Positions 26,065 through 33,912 of a DNA stretch of 56,319 nucleotides are shown here, one piece after another (position 1 is the first letter of the stretch; each line of letters starts with the position of its first letter). The notes beneath the pieces are model-generated. The model saw nothing but the letters and a program-made list of their open reading frames with translations, did not search any database and was not told where the DNA came from. Position numbers and translations under genes: made by a program. Source of the stretch: Actinomycetota bacterium (GTDB lineage: Bacteria; Actinomycetota; Acidimicrobiia; Acidimicrobiales; Ilumatobacteraceae); the NCBI GenBank assembly GCA_009923855.1, contig RFST01000001.1, forward strand, positions 1 to 56,319, read 5' to 3'.

Positions 26065-27318
26065 GTGTCGCAGTTCGTCGACGAATGTCAGCTGAACCTC
26101 CGCGGAGGTGACGGAGGGGCCGGATGCGTGTCATTCCGGCGTGAGGGGCCTGTGGTGAACGGTGGCCCAAATGGCGGCGACGGCGGCAATGGTGGGGACA
26201 TCTGGTTGGTTGCCGACCACAATGTGGCCTCTTTGCTCGCCTTTCGAGATCACCCGCACCGACGTGCTGGTGATGGTGTGCATGGAAAGGGAAAGGATCT
26301 CCACGGTCGACGTGGGGAGAGCCTTGAGGTGACGGTGCCCGAGGGCACGGTGGTCAGCGATTTGTACACCGGTGAGGTCCTTGCCGAGCTGAACAATCAC
26401 GGTGATCGGTGGATGGCGGTCGCTGGTGGCCGTGGCGGTCGTGGTAACGCCCGTTTCTTGTCGAATCGTCGCCGGGCACCGACCTTTGCCGAGCAGGGCG
26501 AGCACGGCGAGGAGCGGTGGTTCCGACTGGAGATCCGTCTCATGGCCGATGTCGCTCTGGTCGGGTTCCCGAATGTTGGCAAGAGCACCCTGATCAGCGT
26601 GATCTCCGCCGCACGTCCTCGAATTGCGGATTACCCCTTCACCACGCTCGAGCCCAACCTCGGAGTGGTCAGTATCGATGACGACACGTCGTTCACGGTT
26701 GCCGACATACCCGGGCTCATCGAAGGGGCGTCGGAGGGGCGTGGGCTCGGCCATCGCTTCTTGCGGCATGTGGAGCGTGCCCGAGTGCTGTGCATCATGG
26801 TCGACCTTGCTCCCCTCGATGGCGTTGGCCCGACTGAGCAAGAAGAAATTCTTCTGCGCGAGTTGGGACAGTACCGCCCAGAGTTGCTTGAACGCCCGCG
26901 TATCGTGGTCGGAACAAAAGCTGACTTGGTGCCGACTGATGCCGTGGACAGCGATAACTTCGACGCCGTCATCTCGGCGGTCACCCGCGATGGTGTGCGC
27001 GACCTCGTGGGACAGATGGCATCGATGGTGCACGCGTCGCGCGCCGATGAACCAGCCGTTGACGGGATGGTGGTGCTGCGACCCGAGCCCACCGGGGCGG
27101 TCGTTGAGCGCACCGACGACGGCGAGTACGTGGTCCTCGGTCGCGATGTCGAGCGGGTGGTTGCGCTGAATGATGTCACCACCGCGGAAGCCCTCGCCTA
27201 TATCGATCAACGCCTTGAACGTCTCGGTGTCCTTCGCCTGCTGGCACGCGCCGGAGTGGCCGACGGGGACATCGTGCACATTGGTGAGTTCTCCTTCGAG
27301 TATCGGAGTCCTCACTGA
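26065..27318 (+). CDS. obg: GTPase Obg/CgtA
   Basis: Gly-rich Obg fold (RGGDGGAGCVSFRRE...GGDGGNGGD), G1 motif GFPNVGKST, DIPGLIEGA, and a C-terminal OCT domain. Confidence 0.95.
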   Translation: MSQFVDECQLNLRGGDGGAGCVSFRREGPVVNGGPNGGDGGNGGDIWLVADHNVASLLAFRDHPHRRAGDGVHGKGKDLHGRRGESLEVTVPEGTVVSDLYTGEVLAELNNHGDRWMAVAGGRGGRGNARFLSNRRRAPTFAEQGEHGEERWFRLEIRLMADVALVGFPNVGKSTLISVISAARPRIADYPFTTLEPNLGVVSIDDDTSFTVADIPGLIEGASEGRGLGHRFLRHVERARVLCIMVDLAPLDGVGPTEQEEILLRELGQYRPELLERPRIVVGTKADLVPTDAVDSDNFDAVISAVTRDGVRDLVGQMASMVHASRADEPAVDGMVVLRPEPTGAVVERTDDGEYVVLGRDVERVVALNDVTTAEALAYIDQRLERLGVLRLLARAGVADGDIVHIGEFSFEYRSPH

Positions 27319-28391
27319 TGCGCGTCGTTGTGAAAATCGGTACCGCGTCGCTCACCGACGAACGTGGCGGCATCGTCCGTTCCGCAATCGAGAACCTATG
27401 TACCGAGGTCGTATCCGCGGTGAGTGAGGGACACGACGTACTCATCGTGTCATCTGGCGCGGTTGCCGCGGGTGTGGCTGCCGTGGGTCTTGACCAACGG
27501 CCGACAGACATGACCACCCTGCAGGCCGTCTCTGCGGCTGGTCAGAGCCGCCTCATGGAGGTGTACAACGCGGCTCTTGGAGCCGGAGGGCTGGTCGCTG
27601 CCCAGGTGTTGCTTGATCCTCACGACTTTGTGGATCGCAGCCAGTACCTCCATGCGCGACGCACCCTCGAGCGATTGCTCGAACTCGGCTGTGTGCCGGT
27701 GATAAATGAAAATGACGCCATTGCCAGCGAGGAACTTCGCTACGGCGACAATGATCGACTGGCGGCTCTCGTCGCACATGCGCTGCGAGCAGACCTGTTG
27801 GTGTTACTCACCGACGCCGACGGTCTCTTCACCGCAGATCCCCGCAACGACCCCAATGCGACCTTGATCCCGCTGGTGACGGCTGACGATCCGCTGCTGG
27901 CCATCAATGTCACCGCCGCTGGCTCGGGTCGTGGATCTGGTGGGATGGCGTCGAAGCTGGCCGCTGCTCGGATCGCCTCATGGTCGGGTATTCGCACGGT
28001 CATTTCGCGCGCCGCCACCGTTGGCGTGCTCGGTGCTGCAATTCGTGGCGACGGCCCTGGGACCACCTTTGCGGCCCATACGCGCCGGTTGACTGCACGT
28101 CGACTGTGGATTGCATTTGCGGCGGAGGTGTCTGGTTGCATCACTGTTGACGACGGCGCGCATGCAGCACTCATCGCTAACGGGCGCAGCCTTCTTGCCG
28201 CAGGGATCACCGCTGTCGCTGGCGATTTCGTCGCTGGCGACACAGTGGAGGTCCGCGATACGGGTGGCAAGGTCTTCGCCCGGGGTCTGGTGACCTGTGC
28301 AGCTGCCGAACTATCGGGTGGCGCGGGCAATGTTTCTGCGCGACCTCCCGAGGTCATTCACCGCGATGATCTGGTGATCGTCCCCGGTTGA
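27318..28391 (+). CDS. proB: Glutamate 5-kinase
   Basis: VVVKIGTASLT, VSSGAVAAG, PVINENDA, and a C-terminal PUA-like region. The ATG shares a nucleotide with the obg stop (TGATG). Confidence 0.93.
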   Translation: MRVVVKIGTASLTDERGGIVRSAIENLCTEVVSAVSEGHDVLIVSSGAVAAGVAAVGLDQRPTDMTTLQAVSAAGQSRLMEVYNAALGAGGLVAAQVLLDPHDFVDRSQYLHARRTLERLLELGCVPVINENDAIASEELRYGDNDRLAALVAHALRADLLVLLTDADGLFTADPRNDPNATLIPLVTADDPLLAINVTAAGSGRGSGGMASKLAAARIASWSGIRTVISRAATVGVLGAAIRGDGPGTTFAAHTRRLTARRLWIAFAAEVSGCITVDDGAHAALIANGRSLLAAGITAVAGDFVAGDTVEVRDTGGKVFARGLVTCAAAELSGGAGNVSARPPEVIHRDDLVIVPG

Positions 28392-29982
28392 TGCCGCGCA
28401 GTACTGAGCGCAGCCCCACGAGATCGGTGAGAACGGCAGTGACCACGGCACCACCGACTCCACCAATCCCGCCGATGAGCAACGTGAATATGGCGTTATC
28501 GGACAAGGCCAGAGATAGCAGTGCCGGCACAGCCGCTGCAATCGCCACAGCGCTCAGAGGTCCAAGGGTTGTCGCGAGGGCTGATCCCTCCACCGCTCCA
28601 AGTCGCCGTTGCGCCACGACCAGCGCAATCACTGCTGCGACGAGGTATGCGATCGCAAGCGAGAGCCCGAGACCGAAGACACCCAGCGGGCCGACCAACA
28701 GCACTGCCAGCACGATGTTGAGCGTGTTCTCGGCGGCGTTCAACACGAACGGTGTGCGCGTGTCACCGTGTGCGTAGAACCCTCGGAGGCTGAACAGGTA
28801 CACGCTGAACCCGCTCAAGCCGATGGCCAAGCCGCGCAGCGCATCGGCAGTGTTGGCAGTCGCCGTGGCGTCGAACAGGCCACGTTCCATCGTCGCAGCG
28901 ATTAACGGGTCGGCGAGAACGATGAGGAGAACCGATGCCGGCAGAGTGAGTGCGGCCACGGCGCGAACCCCAAGGGTGAAGTGACGCCGGAATACAGCGG
29001 GATCTGCCGCGGTCACCGCTCGAGCTAGTTCTGGTTGGAACGTTGTGGCGACCGACACTGCAAGAAGCCCATGTGGCAGTACGAACCATGTGAAGGCATC
29101 GAAGTACGCCGATGCCAGCGATGAGCCGGGTTCAGCCAGATTGCGGATCACGATGAGCGCAATCTGATTGGCCACTACGAATCCGACCGTCCATCCGCCC
29201 ATGGCGAGGATCCGACGAACTTCAGGGTCGCGAGGCCGCCATCGTGGTCGCACTCCGCCCACACGACGCAGTGCAACCGCAGCGACGATGAGCGCCATGA
29301 CGGCAATGCCAGCCGTGGCGCCACCGGCCAGCAGCCATCGAACCTGCGTGTTGTCGATGACGTCGCCGAGCCCTCGGGCTGTGGTTCCCGCACCGGGCAG
29401 GGCCAGTAAGGCTGCGACGATGACGAGATTGGCTGCGGCGGGTGACCATGCAGCAGCGGCGAAGCGGCGGCGGGCCTGTAACGCAGCTGCGGCAATGCCG
29501 GAGATTCCGTAGAAGAAGATCTGCACACAGAACACTCGGGTGAGCAGAACACCGACCTCACGGAATGCCGCAATGTCGACATCGGGAGAGGGGGTAAGCG
29601 AATAGACCGCAAAGATTGCGGGTGCGGCGATCACGGCGAGCACGGTGATCACCACGATGGCGCTGAGCGCCATGGTGATCACCGCATCGCGTGACTCACG
29701 AATCCGTTGACGTTCTGCTGGGTCGTGCGCTGACGATTCCTGATGTGTCAAGCGAGTGAAGACCGGTACCAACGTTGCCGAGAGCACACCACCGATCAGC
29801 AGGTCGTAGATGATGTTGGGCGTTTCATTGGCCAGCTTGTAGGCGTCAGACAACGAGTTCTGACCCACCACCCATGCGAGTACGAGCACGCGGCCAAGCC
29901 CGGCGATCCGGGAGACAGCAGTACCCGATGCAACCACCAGGTTCGAGCGCACGAGGCCGCTCACCCGCCGCAGGCTAGCCAT
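28354..29982 (-). CDS. murJ: Lipid II flippase MurJ (MviN family)
   Basis: ASGTAVSRIAGLGRVLVLAWVVGQNSLSDAYKLANETPNIIYDLLIGGVLSATLVPVF, followed by about 14 TM segments. I chose the ATG at 29982 because the track ORF extends 182 junk codons further, across ddaH. The 3' end overlaps proB by 38 nt (convergent). Confidence 0.88.
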   Translation of the reverse strand: MASLRRVSGLVRSNLVVASGTAVSRIAGLGRVLVLAWVVGQNSLSDAYKLANETPNIIYDLLIGGVLSATLVPVFTRLTHQESSAHDPAERQRIRESRDAVITMALSAIVVITVLAVIAAPAIFAVYSLTPSPDVDIAAFREVGVLLTRVFCVQIFFYGISGIAAAALQARRRFAAAAWSPAAANLVIVAALLALPGAGTTARGLGDVIDNTQVRWLLAGGATAGIAVMALIVAAVALRRVGGVRPRWRPRDPEVRRILAMGGWTVGFVVANQIALIVIRNLAEPGSSLASAYFDAFTWFVLPHGLLAVSVATTFQPELARAVTAADPAVFRRHFTLGVRAVAALTLPASVLLIVLADPLIAATMERGLFDATATANTADALRGLAIGLSGFSVYLFSLRGFYAHGDTRTPFVLNAAENTLNIVLAVLLVGPLGVFGLGLSLAIAYLVAAVIALVVAQRRLGAVEGSALATTLGPLSAVAIAAAVPALLSLALSDNAIFTLLIGGIGGVGGAVVTAVLTDLVGLRSVLRGINRGRSPDHRGE

Positions 29983-29998
29983 CGGGCATACTGCGCGG

Positions 29999-30778
29999 GT
30001 GGTCACCCCTCGAACCGCCATTGTCCGACGCCCAGGCCCACGCCTGGCTGAAGGGTTGGTAACCCATATCGACCGCACGCCGATCGACCTCGCACTCGCA
30101 CAGTCGCAGTGGGAGCAATATGTCGAGGTCTTCCGCACGCGAGGGTGGCACATCGTCGAAGTTCCTGCCGCCGATGACTGCCCAGATGCGGTATTTGTCG
30201 AAGACACGGCTGTGGTTGCTGGAGATATGGCCGTGGTGTGCCGACCGGGCGCACCTGAACGTGCCCTTGAGGTGGTGGCTGTTCCCGATGTCTTGTCGGC
30301 GATTGGGCTTGATGTGGTGCACCTGCCCGAGGGCCATCTCGATGGCGGCGATGTCTTGAAAGTGGCCGACACCGTGTACATCGGCGTTGGTGGTCGCACG
30401 GACACCGAAGGAGCGAGCGCCTTCGGAGAACTCGTGTCAACACGTGGGTTTCGCGCGGTCCAGGTACCGACGACGAAGGTCTTGCATCTCAAGTCGGCGG
30501 TGACTGCCTTGCCCGATGGCACCATCATTGGTTACCCACCCGACGTGGACTCGACTGATGTGTTCGACAGGTTTCTCGCTGTGCCCGAACCCGATGGCGC
30601 ACACGTGGTCGTGCTCGATGAACAGTTGGTGTTGCTCGCGGCATCCGCTCCGGACACAGCCGACCTGCTGCGGTCACGCGGACTCGACGTCGTCGCGGTC
30701 GACATCGGCGAATTCATTCGCCTTGAGGGGTGCGTGACCTGTTTGTCGATCCGGGTGCGCGGCGGCAATCCACTGTGA
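29999..30778 (+). CDS. Dimethylarginine dimethylaminohydrolase (DDAH)/amidinotransferase-fold protein
   Basis: RRPGPRLAEGLVTHI.R.PIDL..A..QW..Y, HLKS, and the C-terminal catalytic-Cys region EGCVTCLSIR. GTG start lies only 16 bp from the divergent murJ ATG. Confidence 0.8.
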   Translation: MVTPRTAIVRRPGPRLAEGLVTHIDRTPIDLALAQSQWEQYVEVFRTRGWHIVEVPAADDCPDAVFVEDTAVVAGDMAVVCRPGAPERALEVVAVPDVLSAIGLDVVHLPEGHLDGGDVLKVADTVYIGVGGRTDTEGASAFGELVSTRGFRAVQVPTTKVLHLKSAVTALPDGTIIGYPPDVDSTDVFDRFLAVPEPDGAHVVVLDEQLVLLAASAPDTADLLRSRGLDVVAVDIGEFIRLEGCVTCLSIRVRGGNPL

Positions 30779-31962
30779 CATCGACGTCCACCCAGCGTCC
30801 CGCGGCCATGACCCGGGGGAGGGTTATGACCCTGGCGCTTCTCGGCGCCTTCTCCGCAATGGGGTATGGCGTGATGTTCACCGTTCTCGATGACTACCGC
30901 GATGAGTTCGGCATACCGGCGGCACAACTCGGGTTCATCGTCGGTCTTGGATTCGTGGCGGCATTCGTTGCCCAGGTCGTGCTGGCACCGATTGCCGATC
31001 GCGGGCATGCGCGACGGTTGATGGTGGTCGGTGTCATCATCGACGTGATCGGCCTGCTGGTGCTCGGTTTCGGCACCACCATATGGGTGCTCATCCTTGG
31101 CCGGGCGCTGTCGGGCCTCGGCGCTGGAATGACAATGCCCGCACTTCGTCGGTTGGTCATCGTCGGCGATCCCGATCGCCTCGGCGACAATCTCGGGCTG
31201 CTGCTCGCATGTGATGTGGCGGGTTTTGCTGCTGGGCCGTTGCTGTCGGCGTTGTTGGTGGGGCCGTTTGGCTTGCCGGCGCCGTACATCGTGGTGGCGG
31301 TTGCCGCATCGGTGTGTCTGCCCATCGTGTTACGTCAACGGGTCCACGATCCGGGCGTGGAGGCGGTGTCGGCGACGTCGTTTGATCTGCTCCAATCTCG
31401 TCACTTCCGGGCGGCAGTCTCGATGGGAGTTGCCATGTGGATGATGATTGGCACCTTCGATGCGCTCTGGGTGGTGGTTCTTGACGACCTCGGCGCCGAT
31501 GAATGGATTGCAAATATCGGTATCACCGTGTTCGTGGTGCCGTTGATCATCCTCGGTGAGCGTGGTGGTCGACTAGCGCAGCGCCTCGGACCGTTTCGTC
31601 TCGGCCCGATCGGACTCGGTATCGGTGCGGTGGCGATGTTCGCCTACGGGTTGATGCCTACTGGCATTGCGATGCTCGCCGTCGGGGTTGTGCACGCCAT
31701 CAACGACGGGATCACGGTGTCGTCGACATCGGTCGCCGTCGGCCTTGTGACGCCCGAGGGCCGCCACGCCAGCGCTCAGGGCCTGCTCGGCGGCATTCAG
31801 ACGCTGATGGCAGGTGTCGCCGCTGTGGTTGCTGGCGTGGTGTACGACACGGCCGGTCGCACCACGGCCTACGCGGTGTGTTCGGTGGTGATGCTTGTGC
31901 TGATTGGGTACACCGTGTCGGTGACCCGTCTACGGCCGGCCGACGGCGGGTTTAGCGGCTGA
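30775..31962 (+). CDS. MFS transporter
   Basis: 12-TM-like hydrophobic profile with LAPIADRGHARR (an MFS loop 2-3-like motif). GTG 30775 overlaps the ddaH stop (GTGA); alternative ATGs at 30808 and 30826. Confidence 0.8.
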   Translation: MTSTSTQRPAAMTRGRVMTLALLGAFSAMGYGVMFTVLDDYRDEFGIPAAQLGFIVGLGFVAAFVAQVVLAPIADRGHARRLMVVGVIIDVIGLLVLGFGTTIWVLILGRALSGLGAGMTMPALRRLVIVGDPDRLGDNLGLLLACDVAGFAAGPLLSALLVGPFGLPAPYIVVAVAASVCLPIVLRQRVHDPGVEAVSATSFDLLQSRHFRAAVSMGVAMWMMIGTFDALWVVVLDDLGADEWIANIGITVFVVPLIILGERGGRLAQRLGPFRLGPIGLGIGAVAMFAYGLMPTGIAMLAVGVVHAINDGITVSSTSVAVGLVTPEGRHASAQGLLGGIQTLMAGVAAVVAGVVYDTAGRTTAYAVCSVVMLVLIGYTVSVTRLRPADGGFSG

Positions 31963-32413
31963 GGACGCGATGTTCACCGTCGCCTTCGGGCACGGTGACC
32001 GCGGCTCGCTCGACCTGGCGGTCACGGAGCCATAGCCCGATGAACAGCCCGGTCACAGCGATGGTGCCGTACATGGCGCCGCTGCTGATCATGGCAAGAG
32101 CGGGGGCAGGGCAAGTACCCGCCAGCGCCCAGCCGGTGCCGAACAGCGCGCCGCCGACGATGTGGTGACGTTCGATACGCGACCGTGAGAGCGAGAGGCG
32201 CCCACCGAACACGGTGGTCGTGCCGCGGCGTTCCAACACCCACAACAATGGCAGGGAGACTCCAATGGCGAGTCCCATGAGCAAAAACACGTCCCATTCG
32301 GCGAACCGGAGTGTCTTGTGGATCGTGTCGTACTCGTTCAACTGGGCAGCGGCGAGAACGAAACCAAATCCGGCGCCGAACAACCCACCGATGATGTTCA
32401 TGGGATTTTTCAT
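31952..32413 (-). CDS. YeeE/YedE-family half-size sulfur-compound transporter subunit (DUF6691-like)
   Basis: 153 aa, 4 TM, GTGWALAGTCPAP motif. The ATG overlaps the upstream partner's stop (ATGA). Confidence 0.75.
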   Translation of the reverse strand: MKNPMNIIGGLFGAGFGFVLAAAQLNEYDTIHKTLRFAEWDVFLLMGLAIGVSLPLLWVLERRGTTTVFGGRLSLSRSRIERHHIVGGALFGTGWALAGTCPAPALAMISSGAMYGTIAVTGLFIGLWLRDRQVERAAVTVPEGDGEHRVLSR

Positions 32414-32922
32414 GGCTGCACTCTCAGAGATCCATCGGACATGACCAGATCGCCAAGGCCGGTGAGTGATGTGAGAACGAATGTGACCACGATGGCGGTC
32501 CCGACGAAGGTTGCCGTTGTAGCCCAACTGGCGGGGGAGCGCTGAGCGGTGCCGCAGATGCCGTGACCGGAGGTGCACCCACCGGCCATCCGCGCCCCGT
32601 ACCCCATGATGATCGCGGCAAGGAATACCACGACGGCCATCACCCCGGGCGACCAGCCTGCCGCTGACATTGCGTCATAACCGCGGCGCCATTCAAATCC
32701 GCGCCCGAGCACGGTTGCGAGCACACCGCCAACGAAGATGCCCCCGAAGTACCACACGCGCCACCCAACGGTGTCGGTATCGCGTCGGGCAGCTTTCATG
32801 GTCTGCACGTAGGCGCCAGACGCGCCGAGTGGCTGATTGGCGATGAGGAACAGGCCAACCACCAGCACACCAAGTGCGGGGCCGGTGATGTACCAGGGAA
32901 GGCGGTCAGGGAGAATGTCCAT
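32410..32922 (-). CDS. YeeE/YedE-family half-size sulfur-compound transporter subunit
   Basis: 170 aa, with the ARMAGGCTSGHGICG motif typical of YeeE/YedE (TsuA-like) proteins. I chose the ATG at 32922. Confidence 0.78.
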   Translation of the reverse strand: MDILPDRLPWYITGPALGVLVVGLFLIANQPLGASGAYVQTMKAARRDTDTVGWRVWYFGGIFVGGVLATVLGRGFEWRRGYDAMSAAGWSPGVMAVVVFLAAIIMGYGARMAGGCTSGHGICGTAQRSPASWATTATFVGTAIVVTFVLTSLTGLGDLVMSDGSLRVQP

Positions 32923-33007
32923 ACATTTATCCTCGCCGACCGGTAGCCGAGATGCAACCACCCTCGAGAACTGCGGGTGTGGCTGTGCTGATCGCTAGCG
33001 TGGGCCC

Positions 33008-33889
33008 ATGGCCGACTCCGATGGCGCTACATCCAGTGCTGACGATGAGATTCGCTCGTACGGCGGCACACCGGATGATCCAGCGGTTCGTAAACGGGTT
33101 CGCATCCGGCATTTCCGACGCGCGAAAGAGCAGGGCATTCGGATTACCGGCCTCACCAGCTACGACTACCTGACGGCCTCGATCTTCGATGCCGCCGGGG
33201 TGGACTTCCTCCTTGTGGGCGACTCGGCGGGCAATACGGTCTTCGGCTACGACACGACCCTGCCGGTGACTGTCGAAGAGCTCATCCCGCTCACTCGAGC
33301 GGTCGCGCGAGCGGCGCAGCGGGCATTGGTGATTGCGGATCTTCCCTTCGGGTCGTATGAGAACGGGCCGGATATGGCGTTGGCCACCGCGATTCGATTC
33401 ATGAAAGAGACCAACGCGCATGCGGTGAAGCTCGAAGGCGGCGTGCGCTCCGCTGAGCAGATTCGCAGAATTGTCGGCGCAGGAATTCCGGTGATGGGCC
33501 ATGTCGGGTTCACCCCGCAGAGCGAGCATGGCCTCGGTGGCCATCTCATTCAAGGGCGCGGCGATGCCGCAGAGAACCTGCTTGAGGATGCTCGCGCCGT
33601 TGCAGAGGCAGGGGCGTTTGCGGTGGTACTCGAGATGGTTCCATCCGCCGTTGCCGCGCGGGTGACCGCAGAGTTGGATATCCCGACCATCAGCGTGGGG
33701 GCCGGCCCGCACTGTGACGGTCAACTCCTCGTATGGACCGACTGGGCGGGGCTTACCACTGGTCGCATCCCGAAGTTCGTACGACAGTACGCCGACGTTG
33801 CCGGGGTGCTACGCAGTGCGACCGAGGCCTATATCGCCGACGTCACCAATGGTGTGTACCCGGCGCCGGAGCACGAATACCCGGAGTGA
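33008..33889 (+). CDS. panB: 3-methyl-2-oxobutanoate hydroxymethyltransferase
   Basis: ITGLTSYDY, LLVGDSAGNTVFGYDTTLPVT, ADLPFGSY, AVKLEGG. Confidence 0.93.
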   Translation: MADSDGATSSADDEIRSYGGTPDDPAVRKRVRIRHFRRAKEQGIRITGLTSYDYLTASIFDAAGVDFLLVGDSAGNTVFGYDTTLPVTVEELIPLTRAVARAAQRALVIADLPFGSYENGPDMALATAIRFMKETNAHAVKLEGGVRSAEQIRRIVGAGIPVMGHVGFTPQSEHGLGGHLIQGRGDAAENLLEDARAVAEAGAFAVVLEMVPSAVAARVTAELDIPTISVGAGPHCDGQLLVWTDWAGLTTGRIPKFVRQYADVAGVLRSATEAYIADVTNGVYPAPEHEYPE

Positions 33890-33912
33890 TCGTGGCGCGC
33901 TGACTCTATTGG

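Noticed and set aside
26131-27315. 394-aa minus-strand ORF antisense to obg
   Set aside because: Same reasoning: obg motifs are unambiguous on the plus strand, and the antisense product has no recognisable motifs and a biased composition.
29983-30528. 182-codon upstream extension of the murJ ORF
   Set aside because: It overlaps the well-supported ddaH gene on the other strand and is Ser/Thr/Arg-rich. MurJ homology starts at MASLRRVSG.
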